64,000 nucleotides of DNA from positions 62,806,001 to 62,870,000 of the forward strand of contig NC_082715.1 of NCBI RefSeq assembly GCF_030144855.1, given 5' to 3'. The notes beneath the pieces are model-generated. The model was not told the origin of the DNA and ran no database searches. It saw only the letters and a program-made list of their open reading frames with translations. The position numbers were made by a program, and so were the translations under genes. Source of the stretch: Hypanus sabinus (taxonomy: Eukaryota). This document shows positions 1-11,530 of this stretch, piece after piece. How positions within the stretch are numbered: the first letter of the stretch is position 1; the number at the start of each line of letters is the position of its first letter.

Positions 1-1365
1 GGCTGGCTGCATGGACAACAGCTTACTCTCCATATTGTACTGCCCTGCCTTGTATACTGGCTTGCATATCACATAGCCAGCTAGAAGACAATATTCATGG
101 TCAACCCCAAAAATGGAGGACCTCAAACTTTTTATAAAAGGTCTTTGAGCCTTCAGTATCAGTACAAAATGTTTCTTCTATGAGTAAACAGAAATCATCA
201 CTTTTCAGACTAATGTTAATGAAAACGTCACTGATGATGAGTTCTCTAAGTTCTGTTGTTTTTGATGTTGCTTGGACAATTTGATGCTGAAATAACATAT
301 TAGGGAAATCCTTAATTCTTGCCCTAACATGAGCATATGACACCTAAAATATACATAAAAATTATTTCACTCCATATTAACATGGTTTTCAACTTTGTGA
401 CATCATTCTTTTTGGCATTGTCCAAGCAGATGCCTCAGCCAATGTTTTCTCATCTCTCCCTGGGTTTTTCAACTGATTATCTGAAATCATATGTTCTTGT
501 TCTGGTTGAAACTGTAAAATATCAAGAATATAATCAAAAACAAACATGCACTACACTCTTCAATATTGCTCCATAAATTCAACATTCAAAAGGCTCATCG
601 TCTAACATTTCTGTTACTTGAAATCAAACTTTAAGTTGATGAATTTAAAATCCTGTGTCCCTGTCACCAAATGCTGATGCCAAGCTTTGGCAACAATCTT
701 CAGAATATACCGTGTTTCATGCCAGCAGTCTCAACTAATTGCCAAGAGGAGAGCTCTTATTAAAATCAACATGAGTTGGTTTTTTGAAAACTTTAAATTT
801 CAGCTAATTCATTATGCTTAAACTGACTGAACCAAGCTTAATATCGTCTCTGTACATAACAAGCAGTAAAATATTTTTCTAACACTCCAACTTATGAAAG
901 CAGCAGGAAACAGGGAATAAAAATAACTCTGGATAAAATGGGGCAATATAGCCTTGAATGGTAAATTATTGACATTCTTTCAGTTGCATGAGAGCATGTA
1001 ATAACTCAATTTTATCTATGGCTGTCATGTTAGGATCCATTTACAATACATCAACACTGATACAATGTCCTACATTTGTGAAATGGGGACAGGACTTTAG
1101 CAATAATTCACAGACCTAGAAAAATGATAATTAACTATCATATTACCATAAAGACATGAAGTAACTGCATTTAATTCTTATCCATCTGCACTGTAATACA
1201 AGACCATAAAAATGAAGTTGCACATTTGACCCTCATGTCTTTGCTGTTCGTTTTAACTCCAGTTCCCTTTGGAAACATTATAATTTTCTCAGATAGTTCA
1301 ATCCGGATCAGAACAATCTGCCGCATGGAACAGTTTCCAACCTCACCTCTAGTATTGTAACTAAT

Positions 1366-1572
1366 ACACACAAAATGCTGGAGGAACTCGTCAGTCAGGC
1401 ATCACCTATGGAAAACAGTAAACAGTCAACATTTCGGGCTGTGACCTATCTTCAGGACTGTACTCTTTTGACTGGGCTCCTATGTAGATGCTGCCTGACC
1501 TGTTGAGATCCCCCAGCATTTTGAGGGTGTTGCTTTGGGTTTCCAGCCTCTGCAGATTTTCTTGAGTTTGTG
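1366..1572. mobile_element. Penelope-like pseudo-LTR fold-back mini-element
   Basis: Head cacacaaaatgctggaggaactc...caggcatcaccta (about 1368-1410) is the inverted complement of tagatgctgcctgacctgttgag...cagcattttg (about 1485-1525). The same motif terminates the GIY-YIG-bearing elements at 10662 and 62400. Confidence 0.7.
1423..1460 (-). ncRNA. Minimal type-I hammerhead ribozyme motif (partly decayed)
   Basis: Minus strand reads cagtc-CTGAAGA-taggtcacagccc-GAAA-TG-TT-gactg. Perfect 5-bp stem I (cagtc/gactg) and CUGANGA and GAAA cores. Confidence 0.65.
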
Positions 1573-1829
1573 TTATAATTAATTACCCTCATTCTGTATG
1601 GAAGCAGTTTCTCATTATTTAGTGAGTGACTTTGAAAAGAACTTTTAAATCTTCCTGTATTCTTGATAAAGAAAAAAAATACTCGGTGTCCCTAGGCTCT
1701 TCTGATTAAAGGGACATATTATGGGTAATATTCTGTTAGATCTCTTCCATGCTTCTACCAAAGCTTTGACATAGTGTACCTCTGGGCTTTTTTCAGGATG
1801 CAAGTGGCAGCAGAAATAGAAGAGTACCA

Positions 1830-2452
1830 GAAGTTAGAATTATGACATGGTAGCCATTAGTAAAGTTTGGTTGCAGGAGGGGCAGCACTGGCAGCTCGAT
1901 GATCTGGGGTTTCATTGTTTCAGACGAGATACAGAGTGGAGGGGATTAAAGGGGCAGATTTGTCATTACAAGTCAAGGAAAATGTAATGTCAGTGCTCAA
2001 AAAGGACAGACTAGTGAGCTCATTGATTGGGGCTATATGAATGGAACTGAGGAATAAGAAAAGGATAACCACATTAACAGGATTATTTAATATACCACCA
2101 AATAGTAAATGGGATATAGAGGAGCAAATTTGTAGAGAGGTTGCAGTCAGTTGAAAGAAAAATAAATTTGTGATAGCCGGTGATTTTAACTTTCCACATA
2201 CTGTATTGACTGGGGCTCCAATGTAAAAGTGCTGGATAAGTTAGAGTTTGTCAAATGTGTTCACAAAAAAAATCCTTAATCAATATAGAGGTCTCAACTA
2301 TGGATAGAGTGATACTCGATCTCCTATTAGGGAACAAGATAGGGCAGGTGACAGAACTGTGTGTGGGGGGACACTGTAGGGTATTTTGCATCCAGTGATC
2401 ATAATTCCATTAGTTTCAAAATAATTATGGAGAAGGATAGGACTGGTCCTCT
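1830..2452 (+). mobile_element. CR1 LINE, endonuclease-region fragment (decayed)
   Basis: Broken-frame motifs YDMVAIS..WL, ELRNKK, GDFNFP, SDHNSISF..IMEKDRTG. Homologous to the CR1 EN at 57200-58300 and 60576-62054. Confidence 0.85.
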
Positions 2453-3084
2453 GGTCTGGAACCTTTTACATCCAATTCACTGCACTCACTGAGTAAATTT
2501 AATTCAAAACAATAAATGCAATACTAGATCACTCTGCCTAAAACACTGTGTCCCAGATAATTTGCTCAGTGACCATTGGGTTAAATCCAAGAATGCCTGA
2601 TTTGAGTGGAATTGATAGCTATAAACAAAAACAAAGTCTATCATTGGCATACCTATACACTTATTTTATAACTTTCTGTTTAAGTTGAATAATGATATTA
2701 CCATTATCTTAGAGTTAAATAAAATGGAAGTTCTCTCTGGAATCCTTTCTTATATTTAAAATAACTTTCAGATTTTACTTTCCAAACAGTAAAGTAGTAC
2801 TTACTTCTGAATATCTGAATTTTTAATTTTAATAATGATGCATTAGTAAGTCCAGACATTCTAGGCCCCACCAAGTGCATGAAAATAATGGTAGCTACAT
2901 TCTCTGCTTTTTATATAAGAGACCCAATAGTTTTTTTCAAAAAACTTAAGCATCTGTGGAGGTGCAAGCTATCTCTCACCTTACAGAGATTTCTACTTAT
3001 GTCCTTCTCATTGGTGGTACACATTTCACCAGTATCACTAATTACCAGAGTGACACAGGATCTCTCATAATTTTATAAACCTCC

Positions 3085-3410
3085 ATGTAAAATGCAGGGA
3101 CCTTAGAAACATGCAGAATGACCTTGGCATAGTTCTCTGGAAACAACTACACAGATGGATAAGGTAATGAAGAAGGCATTTAGATTTCTTACTTTCATAA
3201 GCAAGGATACTGAATATAAGTGTTGGGACAACAGGTTGCAATTGTCCAAGGCTTTGATCATGCCATACTTCAAAAATATTATATGCAATGCTGGCCACTA
3301 CAATATAGATTGGATGTGGTAGCACAGAATGCAGAAAAGATTTTCCACGATGTTCTTACAAGGTTTTAATTAGAAGAATAATTTGGATAGGCTGCGAATA
3401 TTCTCACAAC
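3085..3410 (+). mobile_element. CR1 LINE, RT C-terminal fragment (very decayed)
   Basis: gaccttggc...gataaggtaatgaagaaggca...aaggctttgatcatgcc resembles the CR1 DLGV...DRVVKKA...LYKALVRP region. Confidence 0.6.
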
Positions 3411-3554
3411 ACATCTGGATGAACATTCACCCTCTGAGAACAATCCCAGCTTCTCAAATCTCTTCTCAAAATGAATTCCATCTGCCACGGCCCTGCCTAA
3501 TTTTCCAGTTAATCTATGTCCTTTCATATCCTTAGACAATTATCCTTGATGTCT

Positions 3555-3742
3555 TCAACACTAAAGGTCCACCACATCATCAGCAAACTTACTAATCAGA
3601 TGACTGACATTGTCAGTCAAGTCACTTATGTAATTGATAAATAACAAAGGTCTCAGTACTGATCCCTGTGGGACACCACTGGTTACAGACTTCCAGTCAG
3701 AGAAACAGCCTGCCAGCACTACCTAACGTCTCCTCTCACCAA
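3555..3742 (-). mobile_element. CR1 LINE, RT core fragment
   Basis: Minus strand encodes SGVPQGSVL..L..I and ISKFADD. Confidence 0.75.
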
Positions 3743-5031
3743 TAAAAAAATGCCGCTTTCGTCAATTCAAAGTGGATTGTTTACTCATTTCAGTGCAGAA
3801 TTATGTTTGCTGGTGGGGATGAGGGGAATTATTTCACCACTATTATAACCAAGCCTGCCAGAAACTCTAATGAAATAATTTATTCATTATTTTGGAAGCA
3901 TTATGTTCTTTACATAATTTTAAATTGTATTTCTGTTCTGGTTGTTATTTAAATTGATTTTAATTTCAACCAAATGCTGTTCCAAATTTAATTACAATAT
4001 TCTGTATACAAAATGACCCATTTTAAAAACCATCTTCTTCCTGTATTTTACTGGCCTTTATTATTAAAGCAAGATGCAGCGTTTCAGAGCCTTAAATTCA
4101 CATTCTACAATTCTTGTATCTCTGCCAAACCCCTTAATTCCTTTAAATTCCAATTCTGAATTGGATCCTTAAACAGTCAAGCAGAAATTGCCCTCATACA
4201 AATTGTAACATAATCCAGAAAGAGAAAAATTGCTCCAAATCCATACTGCAACTGTACATTTGAATGTTCAAATCTTCTGCTGGATTTTGCAACTAAAATT
4301 GCCACTATGACCCCCACCATATCACTAGCCCATCTATAACGCCAGGGCCCTAAGTATTACTTAACCACTGTAGTCTGATGTGCATTAGGGACCTACATTT
4401 TGAATCTGTGAAGGACAAAGTTCTGGCAATTTATTTTGAAGAAGCACACAATGCAGTCAAAAGTTCAAGATCATCATATTTACGTTCATTCATGGCCAGC
4501 ATTCCCTACTTAAGGTCCTTCTATTACTCCCCACTCCTCCTCCCATTTCTAGGATTTTGCATCAGACTCAGCTGACTCAGCTGACGGTCGAGCCATAACA
4601 AGCAGTAGTAGCAAACACATGAAGTGCTAACTGAGGATTTCTGAGCAGAAAGGAGAGGTGTAAATTAGACATGGTAGACCAGCTTCCTTCCCGACATACA
4701 TATAATGAGGTTGATCTCTGGCCTTGATGATCAGAATTATTCCTGTATTCAAATCTTGCTCCAAATGGAAACCTACAACGACTCACCACCACCATCCCCT
4801 TCCCCTACTGCCTGTTATGTGAAGTTATGGCAGTTTGCCTTAGCTAAATTGGAAGAGTTTATACATACTGTCAGTCTTGCTCAGCAACTTGTCAATTGTA
4901 TGAGCGCAACACAGAATTGATAAGAATGAGCTTTAATTCAACGACAATTAATACACATTGCAACCTACACTATGTCCAATTTAATACAGAATTGTTTAAT
5001 TGCTAATAGGTGCTTAGATAGGATTATGGAT

Positions 5032-5112
5032 ACATAGGAAGCCTACAGCACAATACAGGCCCTTCAGCCCACAAAGCTGTGCCGAACATGTCCTTACCTT
5101 AGAAATTACCAA
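5032..5112 (-). repeat. CR1 3' tail fragment
   Basis: acagcacaatacaggcccttcagcccacaaagctgtgccgaacatgtccttacc is nearly identical to the CR1 tail at 44064-44120. Confidence 0.8.
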
Positions 5113-6257
5113 GGGAATTTTCATACTGGTGACCAATCAAATTGAATGAAGAATGAAGATTTCTGAGTGATGTAAAACACCCTTTGTGCTATTAAAACAT
5201 TTTGTTTTAAATAAAAAGTTGTTCTTGATGTTTTCAGTTCCATTCCAGTGTAATAATTAGATCAACCTTTAAGTGTTTTTGCTGTATGGATTATCGATCT
5301 ATTTCTGAATTGACCATAAATCATTCATTCCTGAGGTGAATATGTGAATTAAGTTTAAGTCCCATCTGTAGCAATGCATGAATTATGTAGTCATTTTATG
5401 CATCAGAAGAAAAATATATTAGTCCCCATAGATTATCTCCAATTTAAAAAAAAAGTTTAGAAGGCAAGAGACAGCTTTGGCAAGGTGCTGACCTTTAGAT
5501 GTATTAAGAACATATGGATCTAAGGGTTTGAGCCAAGCAGCCACTTTCCAAAATGTCATGATACAGCACTTCCAATTTATATTTGTCTACAAGCAATCTG
5601 TAGTTCTGGAAAAACTCAGCTGTAGATACACTGAAACTCACAGACAGGGCATTTTGAATAATTTTAATGAACTGTCTCAATTCCCATACTGAAAATGTAG
5701 CACATAGTTTGGCTGAGTCAGGTTTTTATATCGAAGGAGGTCAATAGGAATCAAATAATAACAGATTTCTAGTAATGCAGAGGATTACACTAGGGGCTAA
5801 ATTCATTAGCTTCTGAAAATATGAGCAAGGATAATGATGCATGATTAGTCCCTGCTGACTAGGAAACAGGCAGTGCACCAACAATCCTGCCTGCTAACTT
5901 CAACAAGCTCCCCATTCTAACTTCACCTTCTACTAACCTATGGAATGGAGATGGCCTGGCAACAGCACTGTGAGTACCTAACTCCATTTAAGATTATCTT
6001 GCACTGTTTAAAAGCTTGAAACTTGAAAAAAAAGATGCATTGTGAATTTATCAGATGCTGGCAGGTTTGTTACAAGTAATCCTGGCAAGAGAATGTCATA
6101 ATATGGGATATGGCAGGCTGCAAGGGTTCAAATGTTGGACTGGAGATCTTGGTGGAGCTTTGGAAAAGTTAGAAAGATGTCCTGTGTTCACAGGGAGTCA
6201 AGGAGCTTCCCCAACACATGCTTAGAGTCAATGTGAGGGAACAAAAACATATTGCTT

Positions 6258-6560
6258 GTGATTTGGCCATTGCTGACCAGATCTTCATTTATTACCCATG
6301 CCTTATTTTCCTTGAAAAGGTGGCAGTGAAGCAAATTTTTGAACTGCTACAGTCCTCCTGATGAAGGTATGCCCACAGCTCTGCTGGGAGGGAGTTCCAG
6401 ATTTTTGACCCAGCAGTGATGAAGGACCAGTAATATATTTCCAACTAAGGACGGTGCATGGTATGGAGAGAAACCCACAGGCAGTAATGGTCTCATACAT
6501 ATGCTACCTTCATCCTTCTTGTTAATAGAGTCTGTGGCTTAGTCTGGGAAAGTAACTATT
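6258..6560 (-). repeat. Decayed LINE (CR1/L2 superfamily) 3' end
   Basis: ccttgaaaaggtggcagtg...gggagttccagatttttgacccagcagtgatgaagg...tatttcc recurs in decayed form near 18870, 28050, 29800, 33200 and 50550. Confidence 0.55.
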
Positions 6561-7099
6561 CCTTATTTTGTAGATGATGCATTTTGCATTCAACTCACCT
6601 CTTCTCTGGAACTCAGCTTGTCAGTCCAAGTTTGGAATTGCAACATAAAGGTCTTGAGTCTGCTTCACCTAGCAAAAGAAAAACATTTAACAGCTCTTCC
6701 ATCTGGGAGGAGACTGGCTGGGCAATAATCGGGAAGACTGGATTTGTACTGTGTGCATTTTATAACAGGACATAGCTGAAAACTTTCTGTTCTGTCTGAT
6801 GGATGCCAAGGTCATTGTTTGGCGAGGGGTTCACCTAATTCCATAGCTCAGATCTTCAGTACTACAGCTGGTATGTTGTCACCTACCGTAGCCTTCACCG
6901 TATACAAAGTTTCAGCTGTTTCTGGACATCACAACATGTAAATTGAATTGCTGCATACTGGCTTCTGGGTTGAGAATCACAGGGTTGTGAGTGGCTGCAA
7001 ATGCTTTAGCCATTGCCAATAAAAATGGCTAAAACATTCACAACCACATTTAACCTGTTGAATGTCACTTACCTGTGTAATCCTGAGGGTGGACCAATT

Positions 7100-7990
7100 G
7101 TAAGACCATAACATATCGGAGCAGAATTCAGCCATTTGGTTCATCAAGTCTGTTCCACCATTTCAACATGGCTGATCCATTTCTCTCTCAGCCCCAGTCT
7201 CCTGCCTTCTCCCCGTATCCCTTCATCCCTTAAATAATTAAGAATCTATCAACCTCTGCCTTAAATATATCCAATAACTTGGCCCCTATGGATGCCTGTA
7301 GCAATGATTTCCACAGACTCAAGACTCTCTGCATAAAGGAATTCCTCCTTATCTCTGTTCTAAATGTACATTTAGAATCAGAATCAGAATCAGGTTTATT
7401 ATCATTGGCATGTGTCATGAAATTTGTTAACATAGCAGCAGCCGTTCAATTCAATACATAATATAGGAGAAGAAAAAAAATCAATCAATTACAGTGCACG
7501 TACATTGAATAGATTAAAAATCATGTAAAAATAGAAATAATATATATTAAAAAGTGAGATAGTGTTCACATGCCTTTATCCTGAGGATGCGTCCTCTGGT
7601 TTTAGACCCCACCCCCCACCATATGAAGTGTCCCCTCTGCTTCCACTCTACTGAGGCCTTTTAACATTCAATAGGTTTCTATGAGATCCATCCTCATTCT
7701 TCTGAATAACAGTGACTACAGGCTCAGAAACATCAAATACTCTTCATATGATAAGCTTTTCAATCCTGGAATCATTTTTGTGAACCTCCTTTGAATTTTT
7801 TCCAATATCTGCACATCCTTTTTAAATAAAGGACCCAAAACTGCTCACAATACTTCAAAGGAGGCCTCACCCGTGCTTTATAAAGCCTCAACATTACATA
7901 CTTGCTTTTATATTCTACTCCCCTCAAAATGAATACTAGTATACATTTACCTTCCTGACCACTGACTCAACCTGCAAATTAGCCTTTAGG
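7100..7990 (-). mobile_element. CR1 LINE 3' end (RT C-terminus and tail), interrupted at 7373-7568
   Basis: ORF 7230-7433 encodes FRTEIRRNSFMQRVLSLWKSL...DIFKAEVDRFL. Tail taagaccataac at about 7100. Confidence 0.85.
7373..7568 (-). mobile_element. Rex1/Babar-like LINE 3' tail nested in CR1
   Basis: (agaatc)3 aggtttattatca...gaaatttgttaac...gcagcagc is the reverse complement of the tail at 18550-18627. Confidence 0.85.
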
Positions 7991-8335
7991 TTATGCAACT
8001 GGTAGAGCTGCTGCTTCACTGTGGCATGACCTTGTGTTCAGTCCTGACCTCAGGTGCTGTCTGTGTGGAGTTTGTACTTTCGTCCTGTGTCACAGGGGTT
8101 ATTTTCTGGTGCTTCAGTGTCCTCCAACCAACCAATGGCATGCAGCATGGTAGGTTGTCCCTGGAATTTAGGTGAGTGATACAATCCAAAAAGTTTACGG
8201 GTTGCTTATGAGAATGTGTGGAGAGTTTTTAAAAAGGAATTCATGGAAATGGATGGCTGATGGTCGTCACTGATATGGGGGGGGGGGGGGGCGCCCATAG
8301 GACCTGTTAATATTTTGCATCTCTCGATGGCTCTG
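7991..8335 (+). mobile_element. V-SINE (HE1-like)
   Basis: tRNA-like head (ggtagagctgctgc...gttcagtcctgacc), V-domain gctgtctgtgtggagtttgtactt...ggtgcttcagtgtcctcca, and a CR1-like tail. Confidence 0.7.
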
Positions 8336-9544
8336 TAAATATTCAATAGATGACATGTTCCCAGAGAGGACTTCTGAACACATTGTTGAACCAGCGTCGA
8401 TCCTCTGACTTGAGCAACAGTTGTTCGAGATGACAGATGACCTGTCCTTAAGGACAATGTATATCAGCAATAAATCCTATCTTTACCAGCAGCACCCACA
8501 TCTCCAGAATTAATACAAATTGGTCACCTGCTTCTCTCTTGCTATACAATCTCTGAAGCTTTCTGCTACTGTGTCTAAAATGGGCAGGCTACAGACAGGG
8601 CATTTCAATAGCTCTCACTCTTTCTGATTCAGTCAATGTACCACTTCACAGCACTATCAACAACAGCTTCTGTCACTTACTGGTGATTGAGAGGTGTCTG
8701 ATTGGATGATAATTAGCCAAAGTGTAGCAGTACAGAAACAGCTTGTATGTCGCTGAACTCCTGGATACAATGCTGTCAGAATGATCACTATCATAATGCT
8801 GCAAGGATTTACAGCTTCCTGCAAGTGGCTAATGTCAGTAAATGCATCATTAAATTCCATAACCTGCTAATCTCACCAGGGGACTCAGTGATTACCCAAT
8901 CCATCACAGCCCCACCACTCACCTACCAACGATCTGTATCAATCAGGATCCCTATACAGTACAACAGATACATGCTTCCCCACTCCTTTAACACTTAGCA
9001 TGGATGCAAGCAATATCGACAATTTACGCTCATGTCAGCTATTTAACCAATGCAAGCACACCATTCAAAACACATTGCTCAACACTTATTCATTCTCTAA
9101 CGGTAGAAAGTGGCACACAACCGGAGACAGGAAATACATAGATGGGGATGTACGCCTTCTTCATCTGCTCCTATCGAGGAGATAGAGCCAGTCATTCTTA
9201 GCTAAATCATGGCCAGGAATGGAGTAGAAGCCATTACAGATGGGAGACTCATCGTATTAATCCTCCTCTTTACACAGCACCATCCCATTCAGTCCTTTGT
9301 CATGAATTAAATAATTTGGTTTATGTACATCTGTATCTAAGTCAGATGTATGATCACGTTGACAAGTAGCAGCAGTATTTTAATATGTCTCGCTCTACTT
9401 CTTGTGGTGTATGTATAAGTGTAAAACGTAATATTCCAAGAATGGCAAATTATCTTGCAAAATGTAGTGAATCTCTGAAGTGTATCAGCAGTGTTGAAGC
9501 ATATCAGCTCCTGTCTGAATGGTGACTCAGTGATCTTCTCCACA

Positions 9545-10482
9545 GTCTCCATCAGCACTGGAGCGCCGTAGGGATGTATACTTAGTACCCAGCTCTACTC
9601 ACTTTTCACCTTTGACTGTGTGGCTAAGTATAGCTCCAACACCTTAAACAAGTTTTCTGAAGCCACCATTATTGCAGCTTTATCAAAGATGGCGATGAAT
9701 CAGCATACAGGAGAGAGATTGAAAATTTGGCTGAGTGGTGTAATAACAACAACCTCTCACTCAATGTCAGTATGACCAAGGAACTGATAGTAGACTTCAG
9801 GAGCGCCAGTAATAATCTGGGGATCAGAGATGGAGAGGGCCAGTAATTTTAAATTCCTGGGTGTCACCATCTCAGAGGACCTGTCCTGGACCCATCATAT
9901 AAATATTATTGCAAAGAAAGCATGACAATGCTTCTACTTCCTCAGGAGTCTGTGGAGGGTTGGCTCGTCATTGAAAACCTTGGCAAACTTCTATCCATGT
10001 GTGCTGACTGGCTGCATTACAGCCTAGTATGGGAACATCAACGCTTTAGAGTGGACAGCCCAGTACATCATGGGTAAAACAGTCCCAACCAGTGAGCACA
10101 TCTACGTGAAACATCGCCTTAGAAAAGCAGCATCCATCATCAAAGATCCTCACCACCCAGGCTCTTTTCTTTCACTGCTGCCACCAGGTAAAAGGTACAA
10201 GTGCCTCAGGACTTGTACCACCAGGTTCAAGAACAGTTACCACCCTTCAACCATCAGGATCTTGAACGAAAGAGGATAGCTACACTCTTTGAAGGACTCT
10301 TTATCTTGTTATTTCATGCTCTTAATTATTGCTATTTATTATATCTACATTTGCACAGTTTCTTTACAGTTTAAGTTTCCAGATGTTTCCAATTTACAAC
10401 TACTGTCCTATAGATTTGCCAAAGGAAAAGAATCTCAGGATTGTATGTGTGACATGTATATACATTTTACTTTGAACTTTGA
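9545..10482 (+). mobile_element. Rex1/Babar-like LINE, 5'-truncated (RT C-half and 3' UTR)
   Basis: Motifs TGAP*GCILS.QLYSLFTFDCVAK, NNLSLNVSMTKELIVDFR, KAASIIKDPHHPG, TTRFKNSY; tail actttgaactttga. Confidence 0.9.
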
Positions 10483-10661
10483 GTCAGATTCATGGCCTGA
10501 TTGAGGATGACAGTACATCGCTATAGAAAACATTAACAACTAACTCATCCAAGGCTGTACTAGGGGCAACCCACAAATGTTGCTATGCATTCTGGCACCA
10601 ACATAGTATGCCCACAGTGTTCAACAGAACACAAGCAGCAACAACAACAAAACAATGCAAT

Positions 10662-11530
10662 TCACACAAAATGCTGGAGAAACTCAGCAGGCCAGTCAGC
10701 ATCTATGGAAAAGAGTAAGCTGTCAACGTTTCGGCCTGAAACCCTTCATCAGGACTGGAAAAAAGAGATGAGAAGTAAGAGTAAGAAGCCTGGGGGAGGG
10801 GAGGAAGAAGTACAAGAAAGTCGGTGATAGGTGAAACCAGGAAAGGGGAGGGGTGAAATAAAGAGCCTGAAAGTCCGTTGGTGAAAGAGATAAAGGGCTC
10901 GAGAAGGGAGAATCTGATAGGAGATGACAGAAGGCCATGGAAGAAAGGAAAGGGGGAGGAGCACCAAAGCGAGGTGATGGACAGGTAAACAGATAAGCTG
11001 AGAGGGTGAAATGGGAATGGGGAATGGTGAAGTTGGGGGAGGGGGTGGACAATTACCAGAGGTTTGAAGAATTAATGTTCATGCCATCAGGTTGGAGGCT
11101 ACCCAGACAGAAAACAAGGTGTTGCTCCTCCAGCCTGAGTGTGGCCTCATTGTGGCAGCAGAGGAGACCCTGGACTGATATGTCTGAAGGGAAATGGGAA
11201 GTAGAACTAAAAAGGGTGGCTACTGGAAGAAGTTGCTTTTTTCTGGCAGACGGAGTGCAAGTACTCGGTAAAGAGGTCTCCCATATCTGAGTCGTGTCTC
11301 ACCGATGTACTGGAAGCCACGCCAGGAGAACTAGGTATAGTAGATGACCCTAACAGGCTCACAGGTGAAGTGTTGCCTCTCCTGGAAGGACTGCTTGGGG
11401 TCCTGTGAGGTAATGAGGGAGGAGGTGTAGGGGCAAGGATAAGTGCCAGAAGGGAGATCAGTGGGGAGGGATGAATGGACAAGGGAGTCATGCATGGAGT
11501 GTCACTGTGGAAGGCAGGAAGTGGGGGTGG
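10662..11530 (-). mobile_element. Penelope-like element: GIY-YIG endonuclease remnant and 3' pseudo-LTR
   Basis: Minus strand, frameshifted: FQ.RQHFTCE.V.VIY.....GFQYIGETRLR.GD.F.E.L.SV and EEQHLVFCLGSLQPDGMN. Followed by a pyrimidine-rich tract and the hammerhead-bearing pLTR. Confidence 0.85.
10720..10757 (-). ncRNA. Minimal type-I hammerhead ribozyme motif (best preserved copy)
   Basis: cagtc-CTGATGA-agggtttcaggcc-GAAA-CG-TT-gacag. Intact cores and palindromic AACGTT stem III; one stem-I mismatch. Confidence 0.75.

Noticed and set aside
1-108. Sequence that looks like an interspersed-repeat end
   Set aside because: Single truncated occurrence at the window edge, so it cannot be classified from this window.
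101-720. Minus-strand 80-aa ORF preceded by an acceptor-like ttttag, with adjacent short open frames
   Set aside because: No recognisable protein family, no convincing donor site and no partner exons. It may be a decayed transposon, but I cannot support a call.
6350-6385. cagtcctcCTGATGAagg as a possible hammerhead
   Set aside because: No GAAA box or closing stems. It lies in a decayed LINE tail.
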